In this document: in pieces, positions 1 through 10,103 of the stretch | Layout: each line of letters opens with the position of its first letter | Position numbering within the stretch: the first letter of the stretch is position 1 | Virus record (IMG/VR): IMGVR_UViG_3300030106_006393 | Span: 1 to 64,000 of that record | Reading direction: 5' to 3' (one strand) | Length of the DNA: 64,000 nt | Source of the DNA: an uncultured virus (IMG/VR IMGVR_UViG_3300030106_006393) | Lineage: Duplodnaviria > Heunggongvirae > Uroviricota > Caudoviricetes | The notes under the pieces: model-generated | What the model was told of the DNA's origin: nothing | The model's input: the letters and a program-made list of their open reading frames with translations, nothing else | The model's database searches: none | Position numbers and translations under genes: made by a program

Positions 1-2
1 GC

Positions 3-2057
3 TGGAGTCTTAAAACATTAGAGTGGGACCATCTCTTTAATTATGGAGAAGGCAACAGCATAGACTTTTCAAAGCTTGAAGGTATCGTTGGTATTTTTGG
101 AAAGAACTTTTCTGGTAAATCATCGATTGTTGATTCTTTGCTTTATTCGATGTACAACTCTACGTCTAAGTCGATCAGAAAGAATCTTAACATAATTAAC
201 CAGAACAAGGACAAGTGTGTTGCTAGGGCGACTATCGACATAGATGACACATCATATGTTGTCGAGAGAGTTTCAGAAAAATATGTAAAGAAGCTCAAGG
301 GAGAAGAGACACTAGAAGCAAAAACTGATCTAGAGTTTAATTCTGTTGATCTGTTGGGCAACAATACAAGCCTAAACGGAACCTCAAGACAAGACACAGA
401 CAGGAATATCAGAAAGTATTTTGGTTCTATTGATGACTTTCTGTTGACATCTATGGCCAGTCAGATGGGATCTCTTAATTTTGTCAATGAGGGTTCAACA
501 AAAAGAAAAGAGATTCTGGCAAAGTTCTTGGATTTAGAGATTTTTGACAAGAAGTTTAGGATGGCCAAAGAAGATAGTGCTTTAACAAAAGGTGCACTAA
601 AGAAACTTGAAAACATAGATTATGACTCTCTTATTGAAGAGGCAAAGAAAAAGATCATAGAGAGTGAGATAGCTATCGTAAGAAACAAAGCTATTTGCGA
701 AACACTTCAAGAGGATATGTCTGATCTTACAAAAGAAATTAGCTCTATTCAGGAAAAGATCGATTCTGTCCCTGCAGAGATAATTGATATCACAAGCTTA
801 AAGAAAGATATCAAGAAGCAAAAAGGCAAGTCAGAGTCCTTGTTGGCCAAGAGAGAAGAACTTGAAAACGTCTTAGAAGAGAAGCAAGGCCTCTATACAA
901 AGATCGAAACATTCCTTGATGATTTTAATATTGATGAATGCTTAGAGCAAAAGAAGACTTTCGACGAGAAAGATTCAGCATTAGCGTCCTTTATCTCAGA
1001 CTTAAAGAAAGAGTCGGATAAGATGGACGAGTTTAGAAACAAGGAAAGGCTTTTGCAGGAAGTTCCTTGTGGCTCTGAGTATTCTCATTGTAAGTTTATT
1101 AAGGATGCATACGAATCAATAAACTTGATCGACATCTCTGAAGGCAGAATCTCGGAACTGTCCCGAAACATACGAGAAGTAGGAGAAGAAATTCAGGGCA
1201 TCAACTATAAAAAGGTAGAAGACTATATTCTAAAATATGATCAGCTTCTAGAGAAAAAGAACTCAACGGCTAACGACATGGCCGAAGCACAGGTCGATCT
1301 GGCGAAAACTAAAACTTCAATCCTTAGAACAAACCTTGCTCTTAAGGAGCTTTTAGAAAAGGAAGAAGAGTATGAAAACAACAGAGAGGCAATTGAAAAC
1401 TTAGAATCTTTGATGGAAAACAGATCAGAGCTTAAAAAGCTTTTCAAGAACAAAGAAAAGGAATACAAAGAATGTCATGAGGATATGCTTAACTTCCACA
1501 AGTCTCATGGATCTTACGAAGAAAGGCTAAAGTCGCTAGGAGAACAAAAGGAAGAGTATGATACGCTTGCAACAGATTTTGCAGCGTACGATTTATTGAT
1601 GACATGCAGTCACCCTAACGGCATCTCTTATGATATTATAAAAGAGCGGCTACCAATCATCAATCAAGAGATTGCAAAGATCCTAACAAACATAGTGGAG
1701 TTTGAAATCTTTATCCAAAACGATGATAAGAAGTTGGATATTTTTATTAAGCACCCAAAGCATGATCCTCGACCCCTGGAGATGGGCTCAGGCGCAGAAA
1801 AGACAATTGCATCTATGGCAATTCGCCTAGCTTTCTTAACAGTGTCGAGTTTACCAAAGTCGGACCTATTTATACTAGATGAGCCAGGTACCGCTCTAGA
1901 TGAGGAAAACATGGAAGGATTTGTGAGGATCCTAGATATGGTCAAGGGATACTTTAAAACAGTGCTTCTTATTTCTCACTTGGATACTCTCAAAGATTGT
2001 GTAGATATGCAGATAAGCATCGAGAGAAAAGACGGCTATGCTCATGTAAACATATAG
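3..2057 (+). CDS. SbcC/Rad50/gp46-like recombination ATPase (5' partial)
   Basis: Frame is open from base 3 (WSLKTLEWDHLFNYGEGN...). Walker A GKNFSGKS at ~99-122 lies upstream of the ORF-track start. Long coiled coil, signature MGSGAE, Walker B FILDEPGTALD, LISH switch. Confidence 0.93.
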   Translation, partial: WSLKTLEWDHLFNYGEGNSIDFSKLEGIVGIFGKNFSGKSSIVDSLLYSMYNSTSKSIRKNLNIINQNKDKCVARATIDIDDTSYVVERVSEKYVKKLKGEETLEAKTDLEFNSVDLLGNNTSLNGTSRQDTDRNIRKYFGSIDDFLLTSMASQMGSLNFVNEGSTKRKEILAKFLDLEIFDKKFRMAKEDSALTKGALKKLENIDYDSLIEEAKKKIIESEIAIVRNKAICETLQEDMSDLTKEISSIQEKIDSVPAEIIDITSLKKDIKKQKGKSESLLAKREELENVLEEKQGLYTKIETFLDDFNIDECLEQKKTFDEKDSALASFISDLKKESDKMDEFRNKERLLQEVPCGSEYSHCKFIKDAYESINLIDISEGRISELSRNIREVGEEIQGINYKKVEDYILKYDQLLEKKNSTANDMAEAQVDLAKTKTSILRTNLALKELLEKEEEYENNREAIENLESLMENRSELKKLFKNKEKEYKECHEDMLNFHKSHGSYEERLKSLGEQKEEYDTLATDFAAYDLLMTCSHPNGISYDIIKERLPIINQEIAKILTNIVEFEIFIQNDDKKLDIFIKHPKHDPRPLEMGSGAEKTIASMAIRLAFLTVSSLPKSDLFILDEPGTALDEENMEGFVRILDMVKGYFKTVLLISHLDTLKDCVDMQISIERKDGYAHVNI

Positions 2058-2065
2058 GAGGACGT

Positions 2066-2272
2066 ATGGTGGCAGAGATAAAGTCATTTGCAGACAAATA
2101 CACAGAAAAGTTTATATCTAGAAAGTTTCTAGCATGGTTGACAGCTACAGGTTTGTGTGCCTGGGGAACCGTTACAAGCGATAACTGGACAGCAATTACG
2201 CTTGCATATATTGGGACACAAGCACTTGTCGATATGGCAGTAAAGTGGAAGCATGGGCCAGACAATGATTAG
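2066..2272 (+). CDS. Small two-TM membrane protein, holin-like
   Basis: AGGAGG SD then ATG at 2066; SRKF followed by two hydrophobic segments. Confidence 0.55.
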   Translation: MVAEIKSFADKYTEKFISRKFLAWLTATGLCAWGTVTSDNWTAITLAYIGTQALVDMAVKWKHGPDND

Positions 2273-2660
2273 TTTGCTAAAACTGAAAGAAGCCTGGATT
2301 TGGCTCAAGGCTCACTGGCAAGTACCGTTTTTATTGGCATGGACAATCGTAGTTTGGGTGCTAACACGCAGGAACTCTGATGCTATCATAGAAGTTTTAG
2401 AGGCAAAGAAAAAGTCCTACGAAAAGCAGATAGAGGTATTGAACGAGACTCACGCAGATGAGCTTCTAAAAAGGGACAAGCTTCTTGACCAATATAACGA
2501 AACTGTCAAAAAGATAGAAGATGAATGGAAGCTTGGCAAGCTTAAGTTATCAAAAGAACAACAAGAAGGCATAAAGAAATTTGTCTTAGAATCGAAAGGA
2601 AATCCAGATGAGATTAAAAAGAAAATTGAAGACGCTTTTGGTTTTACTTACACTGACTAG
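2265..2660 (+). CDS. N-terminal TM plus coiled-coil protein (i-spanin-like topology)
   Basis: Hydrophobic VPFLLAWTIVVWVL then charged helix; overlaps both neighbours. Confidence 0.45.
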   Translation: MISLLKLKEAWIWLKAHWQVPFLLAWTIVVWVLTRRNSDAIIEVLEAKKKSYEKQIEVLNETHADELLKRDKLLDQYNETVKKIEDEWKLGKLKLSKEQQEGIKKFVLESKGNPDEIKKKIEDAFGFTYTD

Positions 2661-3054
2661 TTTTGCTCTCCCTGCGATAGCTCAACCGAAGGGTAAGTAT
2701 ACAATGCTACAACCCGGCGAACCAGCTCCATTTAGGGCATGGTGTTTCGATGACGTCGCAGCCGGATCTATCTTTACTGCTTTAGAGCATGCTAAAAAAA
2801 CCTGTGATCTAGAAGTTAAGAAGCAGCTAGACTTGCAGAAAGCCAAGCTTGACCTAGAAATAGGAAAACTAAGCGTAAGATATGATACACTAAAGAAGCA
2901 GAACAATGAGCTTTTGCTCTTGAAAAATCAGGAAATAAAGGAGCTAGAAGAAGCAGCGCTAAAAAGGCCTAATCAATATTGGCATTGGTGGGCTCTCGGT
3001 GGATTCAGTGCTGGGGTAATAACAGCGGCTGCTATCTTTTTGTCGATTGAATGA
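2608..3054 (+). CDS. Signal peptide, coiled coil and C-terminal TM protein
   Basis: Basic N-terminus, hydrophobic core, AIA cleavage site; C-terminal WHWWALGGFSAGVITAAAIFL. Confidence 0.5.
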   Translation: MRLKRKLKTLLVLLTLTSFALPAIAQPKGKYTMLQPGEPAPFRAWCFDDVAAGSIFTALEHAKKTCDLEVKKQLDLQKAKLDLEIGKLSVRYDTLKKQNNELLLLKNQEIKELEEAALKRPNQYWHWWALGGFSAGVITAAAIFLSIE

Positions 3055-3443
3055 GTGATAAAGATTTTGATTACATAGTAAAAGTTGAGAGAGCAATAAA
3101 AGAAAAGTATGGAGAAGAAGCAATCCAGAACCCTAGAAAGTTCTGGAACAAAGAGAAAGAAGAACGATACCTTAAAGACTTGAAAGAGTTTTATAACAGG
3201 GAAACTGAAAGCGATTCCAAAGATAAGGTTGGCGAAATTTACGTTTCCAGAAAGTTGCTCGAAAGAAAGTCAAATAGAAAATGCCCTGTCTGTGGGAAGT
3301 ACTCTTTTGAGGGTAAAGATGATCTTTACATGAATAAGTTTTCTTGTTGTTTTGACTGTTACATTCAATATGTTGAGGGCAGAGAGGAGCGTTGGTCTTC
3401 GGGTTGGCGCCCGGACAAGAATACTATGGCAATTATGAAATAG
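3051..3443 (+). CDS. Hypothetical protein with 4-Cys zinc finger
   Basis: CPVC...CFDC; ATGA coupling with upstream gene. Confidence 0.65.
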   Translation: MSDKDFDYIVKVERAIKEKYGEEAIQNPRKFWNKEKEERYLKDLKEFYNRETESDSKDKVGEIYVSRKLLERKSNRKCPVCGKYSFEGKDDLYMNKFSCCFDCYIQYVEGREERWSSGWRPDKNTMAIMK

Positions 3444-3447
3444 CAAG

Positions 3448-3456
3448 ACTATTTAT
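3448..3456 (+). promoter_or_regulatory. Putative late promoter motif ACTATTTAT
   Basis: Recurrent intergenic ACTAWTTA motif, here before the packaging operon. Confidence 0.6.
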
Positions 3457-3480
3457 ATTTATAAAAGTGAGGTTTTTTAA

Positions 3481-4071
3481 ATGGCTACTACATTAGAGAT
3501 TATTAACGGCATTTCGCAAGTTCTTGCGAACAATTATGATGGCGCTACCGACTCAGACGGTGAGCCAATAAAGGCAGGTCTAAAGAGAGAAGAGGGCAAT
3601 CCCTTGATTGACTCCAGAGTGATGGATGGTTTCTCTGTAAGATTCGGAGGAAACAATCTTATAGTTTCATATCAGGCAGATATCAAGCTCAAGGATCTGC
3701 ACAACAGCAATTTCGAGTCTGACATAGATTCTATGATCGGTGATGTTGTCAAGTTCTTGAAAAAGGAATACAAAAAGCTTACAGGAAGCTCTCTTACTTT
3801 GTCTGCTGTGGACGAGATAGAGGTATTCGCAACAAGAGTATCTAGAATAAGAAGTACTGTAACAGCAAAGAAGACATTCAAGATCGGTGGTGCAGATTCA
3901 GATGACAATGCTGAAGAGAGCCAGGATCGCTTGGAAGATTCTTTTAAGAAGTTTCTTGAGCTTGGTAGTGACGGAAAGAATCCGCAAAACTCAAAAGCAA
4001 AGAGCGACAACTACAAGCAGTTCGACCCGTTCAACATGGTATCAGGACAAAGAAACTCAGACTTGAAATAA
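3481..4071 (+). CDS. Hypothetical protein upstream of terminase
   Basis: 196-aa ORF with GAGG SD, 2 nt from terminase start. Confidence 0.7.
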   Translation: MATTLEIINGISQVLANNYDGATDSDGEPIKAGLKREEGNPLIDSRVMDGFSVRFGGNNLIVSYQADIKLKDLHNSNFESDIDSMIGDVVKFLKKEYKKLTGSSLTLSAVDEIEVFATRVSRIRSTVTAKKTFKIGGADSDDNAEESQDRLEDSFKKFLELGSDGKNPQNSKAKSDNYKQFDPFNMVSGQRNSDLK

Positions 4072-4073
4072 TA

Positions 4074-5660
4074 ATGTCTTTTAAATTATCCAAAAAAGAG
4101 ACAATGAAAGAGATTCTCAAGTGTGGTAAGGATCCTGTATATTTCATAAACAACTATGCAAGAATAACACACCCACAAAGAGGATTGATACCTTTCCACC
4201 TTTATGACTTTCAGGAAGACTTAGTAAACGATTTCACCGATCATCGTTTCAACATAATCCTTAAGGCACGCCAGCTAGGTATATCTACCATATCTGCAGC
4301 TTATGTTGTTTGGCTGATGCTTTTTCACAGAGAAAAGAATGTTTTGGTTATCGCAACCAAGTTTGGCACAGCTTCAAACTTAGTAAAAAAGGTCAAGAAC
4401 ATACTAAAGAATATTCCCGAGTGGCTGCAGATAGCTACAGTTACGATAGACAACAGAACCTCATTTGAGTTGTCTAATGGATCACAAATAAAAGCATCTT
4501 CCACTTCTGGTGACGCAGGTCGTTCAGAGGCGTTGTCCCTTCTCGTTATTGATGAGGCTGCTCACGTTGATGGCCTAGACGAGTTGTGGATGGGTCTATA
4601 TCCTACTCTGTCTACTGGTGGTCGCTGCATTGCGTTGTCTACTCCTAACGGCGTGGGTAACTGGTTTCACAAGATTTATACAGAAGCAGAGCAAAAGACA
4701 AACGACTTTTACGCCACAAAGCTTCCGTGGGACAGGCACCCAGACAGAGATGAGGAGTGGTTTGAAAAAGAGACAAGAAACATGTCCCGCCGCGAGATCG
4801 CTCAAGAGCTTGAGTGTAACTTTAACATGTCGGGTGAAACTGTATTTCATGGAGATCACATAGCTGAAATACAAGAAATGGTCTTAGAGCCAAAATATAG
4901 GACAGGGTTTGACAGGAATTATTGGATATGGAAAGAGTACGATCCTAGCAAAGACTATATGATTTCTGCAGATGTTGCTCGTGGAGATGGTAGAGATTAT
5001 TCTGTGTTTCATGTCTTCAATCTAGCAGAGATGGAAATCGTAGCAGAATACCAGGGTAAGGTCACTCCTGATGTGTTTTCTGATATGCTTTCCAATGCAG
5101 GAAGAGAGTATGGCAACTGTATGCTTGTAGTGGAGAACAACTCCGTAGGTTATTCAGTGTTGGAGAAGCTAAGAGAAAGAAACTACCCTAATATCTACCA
5201 CTCAATAAAATCAACTCACGAATACGTAGATCAGATTCAGGCAGAGTCTAGATCGAACGCTGTTGCTGGCTTTACGACTTCTTCTAAGACTAGACCATTA
5301 GTTATAGCGAAGATGGAGGAATTCGTAAGAAACAAACTAATTAAAGTATATTCCTCTCGTCTTCTAAACGAAATGAAGACATTCATATGGAATAATGGAA
5401 AACCAGAAGCAATGAGAAGCTATAATGACGATTTAGTTATGGCGTGCTCAATAGGTTGCTGGATAAGGGACACGGCTTTGGTAGAGAATCAGAGAAACGT
5501 AGAGTACAAGAGGGCTTGTTTAGACTCGATGATATTAACAAATTCTAGACTAGATACTACGATGCCTGGTCAAAATGACTATAAAAGAAACAGTATATTT
5601 GATAAAATACAAAAGACAAAGTCTAATTATGAGCAATTTCCGTGGCTCTTTAAGGGATAA
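4074..5660 (+). CDS. terL: Terminase large subunit (T4 gp17-like)
   Basis: LYDFQ Q-motif, KARQLGIST Walker A, LLVIDEAA Walker B, STPNG, nuclease SADVARGDGRDYS and DDLVMA. Confidence 0.96.
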   Translation: MSFKLSKKETMKEILKCGKDPVYFINNYARITHPQRGLIPFHLYDFQEDLVNDFTDHRFNIILKARQLGISTISAAYVVWLMLFHREKNVLVIATKFGTASNLVKKVKNILKNIPEWLQIATVTIDNRTSFELSNGSQIKASSTSGDAGRSEALSLLVIDEAAHVDGLDELWMGLYPTLSTGGRCIALSTPNGVGNWFHKIYTEAEQKTNDFYATKLPWDRHPDRDEEWFEKETRNMSRREIAQELECNFNMSGETVFHGDHIAEIQEMVLEPKYRTGFDRNYWIWKEYDPSKDYMISADVARGDGRDYSVFHVFNLAEMEIVAEYQGKVTPDVFSDMLSNAGREYGNCMLVVENNSVGYSVLEKLRERNYPNIYHSIKSTHEYVDQIQAESRSNAVAGFTTSSKTRPLVIAKMEEFVRNKLIKVYSSRLLNEMKTFIWNNGKPEAMRSYNDDLVMACSIGCWIRDTALVENQRNVEYKRACLDSMILTNSRLDTTMPGQNDYKRNSIFDKIQKTKSNYEQFPWLFKG

Positions 5661-5666
5661 AAAACA

Positions 5667-7638
5667 ATGGCTAAAAAGAATCGAAACACGCAAAATCCAA
5701 GAAATCCTGAGAACGCACTCTTTAAGAAGTTAACAAAGCTTCTTTCTGGTCCGCTCGTCACACACAGGACCCAGACCGCAAGAAGACTCCGACGAAGACA
5801 GCTGGACAAATACGCCCGTCGTTTTCGATCTGCAAGTGGCCAACAATTCAAAAAGACAGAGTACAATCCTTTTGACAATCTCATGGCGACAGTCATGCAG
5901 AATCAGAACAGGCTTGAAAGATATGTAGATTTTGATCAGATGGAATACACCCCAGAGATAGCCTCCGCGCTTGATATATATGCTGACGAAATGACAACAT
6001 CGTCCAACCTACAGCCTCTGCTTACTATTGATTGCCCTAACGACGAAATCAAGCACATCTTAGATTCTCTCTATCACAATATAATGAATCTAGAGTTCAA
6101 CCTATTTGGTTGGTGCAGAACAATGTGCAAGTATGGAGACTTCTTTCTCTATCTGGACATTGACGAAACAATAGGTGTTCAGAGCGTAATAGGATTACCA
6201 ACGCAAGAAATTGAAAGACTAGAGGGCGAAGATAAGACAAATCCAAACTATGTTCAGTATCAGTGGAACTCCGGAGGGATAACATTTGAAAACTGGCAGA
6301 TGGCACACTTCAGAATATTGGGGAACGACAAGCATGCACCATACGGAACTTCTGCCTTGGAGCCTGCCAGAAGAATCTGGCGACAGCTAACTTTGCTCGA
6401 AGATGCTATGATGGCGTACCGCATTGTTCGTTCTCCAGAAAGAAGAGTGTTTTATATTGATGTCGGCGCAATCCCTCCACAGGATGTCGAGCAGTACATG
6501 CAAAAGGTCATGACGCAGATGAAGAGAAATCAGGTTGTTGATCCTTCAACTGGACGAGTGGACTTGAGATATAATCCAATGTCAGTGGATGAAGATTATT
6601 TTATTCCCGTCAGAGGTCAGGCTTCCTCAAAGGTCGAGAGTTTGCCAGGTGGTACATATACCGGAGACATCGATGATGTTAAGTATCTAAGAGACAAGCT
6701 ATTCTCAGCACTCAAGATCCCGCCGTCTTATCTTTCTCAAATAGAGGGTGCTGAAGAGGACAAGACAACCCTGGCGCAAAAGGATATAAGGTTTGCAAGA
6801 ACCATACAAAGACTTCAGAGATCGGTAATCACAGAGCTTGAAAAGATCGGAATTGTTCACTTGTATGTTTTGGGATTCAGAGGAGAAGACTTGACCTCAT
6901 TTGGTCTTAAGCTTTCTAACCCATCTAAGATCGCTGAATTGCAAGAGCTGGAGCACTGGAAAGTTAAGTTCGACACAGCCTCTGCAGCAACCGAAGGATT
7001 CTTCAGCAAGAGATGGATTGCCACAAAGCTCTTTAACTTGTCAGAAGAGGAGTTTATGAGAAACCATAGAGAAATGTTCTATGATAGAAAGTTTGAAGCA
7101 GCACTAGAATCTTCAGCAGAAGCAGAACAGGCAGCACTCACTCCCGCCGCAGAAGGCGGCGACTTAGGTGGTGGTGACGCAGGCGGTGATTTAGGTGGAG
7201 ACCTCNNNNNNNNNNGATGATGCTCTTGGAGATGTTGGCGCCGATGCTGGTGCTGACGCTGCAGCTGCAGAGCCTGAGGGCGATGACTCAATGTTGTTGG
7301 CTGCCCCTGGAAAGAGAGATGACGACGAGCCCGTTGGAACTAGAGGTAGAACGGCGTCGGATAGAAGAAAAGAATACACACCAGTTACAAACGATAAGCG
7401 CCAATCTGGCGCTAGAAAGAGATCATATCACTCAAAATATGGCAGAGAAGTGGCATCCTCAACCACAAGAAATACTTTAAAGGGTTTTGACGACCTTATA
7501 GGTCTTTCGAAGGGCATTTATGAGAATGAGGAGTCTAATTATGATAAGGAAGAGAAGTTAATAACAGAGATAAATTACGACGTTAAAAAACTAATTCAAG
7601 ATCTTGAAAAGAGGAGCAAAGATGAGACTCAGACATAA
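5667..7638 (+). CDS. Portal protein (T4 gp20-like) with acidic C-terminal tail, interrupted by assembly gap
   Basis: LLEDAMMAYRIVRSPERRVFYIDVG, EDYFIPVRG, DDVKYLRDKLFSALKIP; Gly/Asp-rich tail continues on both sides of the N gap (join inferred). Confidence 0.92.
7206..7215. other. Assembly gap (10 N)
   Basis: Run of N within GGDL low-complexity repeats. Confidence 1.
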
Positions 7639-8449
7639 CAAAAAAAGAAACACGGCTTTCGTTTATGAGGCATTGGTTAGAGAAATGACAAAGAGTGCCA
7701 TCAAGAACGATCTAAACAAATTGAACAAGATAAAGAAGATAATCAAAGAACACTTCACGCGTGATTCTTTACTAAAGAAAGAGCTAACAATCTACAAGTC
7801 CCTGTATGAAACTTCAGGGATGAAAAAAGACCTCGCAGAAAAAATGATTATGGAAGCTAGGATGGAGTATGCCAAGCTTGACAAATCTACAATATTTAAA
7901 GAGCAAAGTTCTTTAATAAAGGTAATCAACAGGTCATTGTCCAGCTCTGTGTTCTCCAATTTTGTACCTAACTACAAAAACCTGGCTAGTCTTTACTCTA
8001 TTTTTAACGACGCTGTCAATGTAAAGCAAAAGGTGATTCTAGAGCAAAAAGTTCTAGAGTCAATTACAACAGAAACAGTCTCTGAAGAAGACAAAGACCC
8101 AATCGATAATTTGGTTTACAAGTCATTTGTTAAGAGATTTAACGAAAAGTATGAAAACCAACTCAACGAAGGTCAAAAGTCTTTGCTTACTAAGTATGTA
8201 ACTTCCTTTGTCGACGACGGCTTAGAGCTTAAGATGGCCATGAACGAAGAGATTGGCTCCTTAAAAACTAGAATCAGGGCTGCACGAGCAAATCCCGTAG
8301 TCTCTGGTGACCAAGACCTTTTGGCAAAGACCAACAAAGTTATCGAGATACTTGAAAACTACCAAAACAAAGAAGTAGATTTGGTTATGGTTGAAGAGGT
8401 CTTAAAAATGCAAAGCTTGATAGAAGAGATAGAAAACGATGGCAACTAA
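7622..8449 (+). CDS. Hypothetical helical head-module protein
   Basis: GAGGAG SD, ATG 7622, MRLRHNKKRNTAFVYEAL; follows portal. Confidence 0.7.
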   Translation: MRLRHNKKRNTAFVYEALVREMTKSAIKNDLNKLNKIKKIIKEHFTRDSLLKKELTIYKSLYETSGMKKDLAEKMIMEARMEYAKLDKSTIFKEQSSLIKVINRSLSSSVFSNFVPNYKNLASLYSIFNDAVNVKQKVILEQKVLESITTETVSEEDKDPIDNLVYKSFVKRFNEKYENQLNEGQKSLLTKYVTSFVDDGLELKMAMNEEIGSLKTRIRAARANPVVSGDQDLLAKTNKVIEILENYQNKEVDLVMVEEVLKMQSLIEEIENDGN

Positions 8450-9041
8450 AATAAAAATAATCCCAGCAGAACAGTCGGCAGCTGACACTGGTCTTGTCAA
8501 GATAAAGATAATGGCAGAAGAGCCAGATCCAGTTCAGGTTGATTTGCTTGCCCGACGTGCCTTGAATGGTGATATTATGATCTTTGATCACGACTTGGTG
8601 GACATAGTTGTTTCACCAAAAAACAACAAGGTGGTGACCTTTCCAAAAAACTTGATGGAAAGAGAAGTGTACCCAGTGCAGGACAGGTTCTACAAGTTCC
8701 TTAGAAAAAAGGGAATCATTGATCCTGGCAGCGTGCAGTCTGGAAACGTACACTCCTCTATGGAGGCCAAGATATACGAATCAGTACTGGAGGGCGTTGA
8801 TGCGATCCAAAGCGCGATATTCGCAACAAGCCTTTTCTTAGAGGAAGAGCGCCCGGACATCATGGCAAGGAAGCACCTGCATCATGACATGACAACTCAC
8901 TTGCTCGATCCTGATGAAGAACACAGCACAGAACTTGGAGAGGTTCCTCATGCAGACAAAAAGGGATCGCTCGACTCTACACACAGAGCCTACGGATATC
9001 AATACATGTATTCTGTTTTGCGCGAAAGCGAGGAAGAGTGA
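8439..9041 (+). CDS. Hypothetical protein
   Basis: 200-aa ORF overlapping both neighbours. Confidence 0.7.
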   Translation: MATKIKIIPAEQSAADTGLVKIKIMAEEPDPVQVDLLARRALNGDIMIFDHDLVDIVVSPKNNKVVTFPKNLMEREVYPVQDRFYKFLRKKGIIDPGSVQSGNVHSSMEAKIYESVLEGVDAIQSAIFATSLFLEEERPDIMARKHLHHDMTTHLLDPDEEHSTELGEVPHADKKGSLDSTHRAYGYQYMYSVLRESEEE

Positions 9042-9379
9042 GTTTACTATATTTCATATTATGTGCCTTTGGCTTAACGCAGATTATCGTGTACGGTTCG
9101 ATCTTTGATTCAGTAAGACCAAAAGAAGGAAAGCTAGGAGAATTGTTTAGTTGTCCGATGTGTATGGGCTTCTGGGTTGGTGTAATTTTATGGGCCTTAA
9201 ACAGTTATACGGGACTATTTAGTTTTGATAATTCTTTTGTCACAGGTGTGCTCTTGGGTTGTCTTAGTTCCGGAACAAGTTATATCTTAAACATGTTGTT
9301 CGGGGACGATGGCATCAAGATAGATCTTAAGAAAGACGAAGTTAAATCACGAAACCCCCGTGCCGCATTGAGAAAATAG
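9038..9379 (+). CDS. DUF1360-like membrane protein
   Basis: LFSCPMCMGFWVG motif with several TM segments. Confidence 0.65.
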   Translation: MSLLYFILCAFGLTQIIVYGSIFDSVRPKEGKLGELFSCPMCMGFWVGVILWALNSYTGLFSFDNSFVTGVLLGCLSSGTSYILNMLFGDDGIKIDLKKDEVKSRNPRAALRK

Positions 9380-9392
9380 GCACGGGCTTTTT
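9357..9392 (+). terminator. Hairpin or terminator over the DUF1360 stop codon
   Basis: CCCGTGCC...GGCACGGG 8-bp stem followed by CTTTTT; 14-nt loop is long. Confidence 0.4.
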
Positions 9393-9403
9393 AGGAGGAA
9401 GAA

Positions 9404-9469
9404 ATGGCACCATTCGCAACTATAAGATGGATGATCCGTCCGGTAGCCAATTGTTGTAAAGGATCGTAG
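9404..9469 (+). CDS. 21-aa peptide MAPFATIRWMIRPVANCCKGS (uORF in frame with prohead protease)
   Basis: AGGAGG SD 5 nt before ATG; ends in TAG; not in ORF track. Confidence 0.55.
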   Translation: MAPFATIRWMIRPVANCCKGS

Positions 9470-9505
9470 ACGGCGCGGGTGATCCCCGTGTACAGGAAAA
9501 TAGAA

Positions 9506-10102
9506 ATGAAGCTTCTAAGAGAATATTTTGAATTATGTGAAGGCGGCATATGCCAAGACCTCTTGACAGAGGACGAAAAGCGCAGAGTTGCCAACGGAGC
9601 CATTATTTTGTCTGGCGTTATGCAGATGTCGGAAACCCAAAATGGCAATGGCCGCGTATACCCTCATGGCGTATTAGTGAGGGAAGTTGAAAACTACAAA
9701 AAGATGGTCAAGGAACGTCGCGCTCTTGGAGAGTTGGACCACCCAGATACATCAGTCATTAATCTAGCCAATGCGTCCCATCTCGTAACGGAAATATGGA
9801 TGGACAACAACAAGTGCATGGGCAAAATAGAAGTATTGAACACTCCTTCCGGAAATGTATTAAAAGAATTAATCAATGCGGGCGTTAAGTTGGGAATCTC
9901 CTCTAGAGGTATGGGTTCCGTTTCTGAAAACAACGGACAAACCATCGTAGAGGACGACTTTCAATTGATATGCTTTGATATGGTGTCTGATCCTTCTACT
10001 CCCGGAGCATTCATGATGTCAGAAGCAAGAGAAAGATCAAATATTTTTACAAAGGCCGACAAAATTAACAGGCTTTTAAACAGTATTATAGGGGACAAAT
10101 AA
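9506..10102 (+). CDS. Prohead core protease (T4 gp21-like)
   Basis: NGNGRVYP, ALGELDHP, ASH, GISSRGMGS, FDMVSDPSTPGA. Confidence 0.95.
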   Translation: MKLLREYFELCEGGICQDLLTEDEKRRVANGAIILSGVMQMSETQNGNGRVYPHGVLVREVENYKKMVKERRALGELDHPDTSVINLANASHLVTEIWMDNNKCMGKIEVLNTPSGNVLKELINAGVKLGISSRGMGSVSENNGQTIVEDDFQLICFDMVSDPSTPGAFMMSEARERSNIFTKADKINRLLNSIIGDK

Positions 10103-10103
10103 G

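Noticed and set aside
7195..7220. Apparent portal frameshift
   Set aside because: Caused by an N gap of arbitrary length.
9377..9386. TAGGCACGGG shared with 42528-42537
   Set aside because: A single 10-mer match is expected by chance in 64 kb, and the two hairpins differ.
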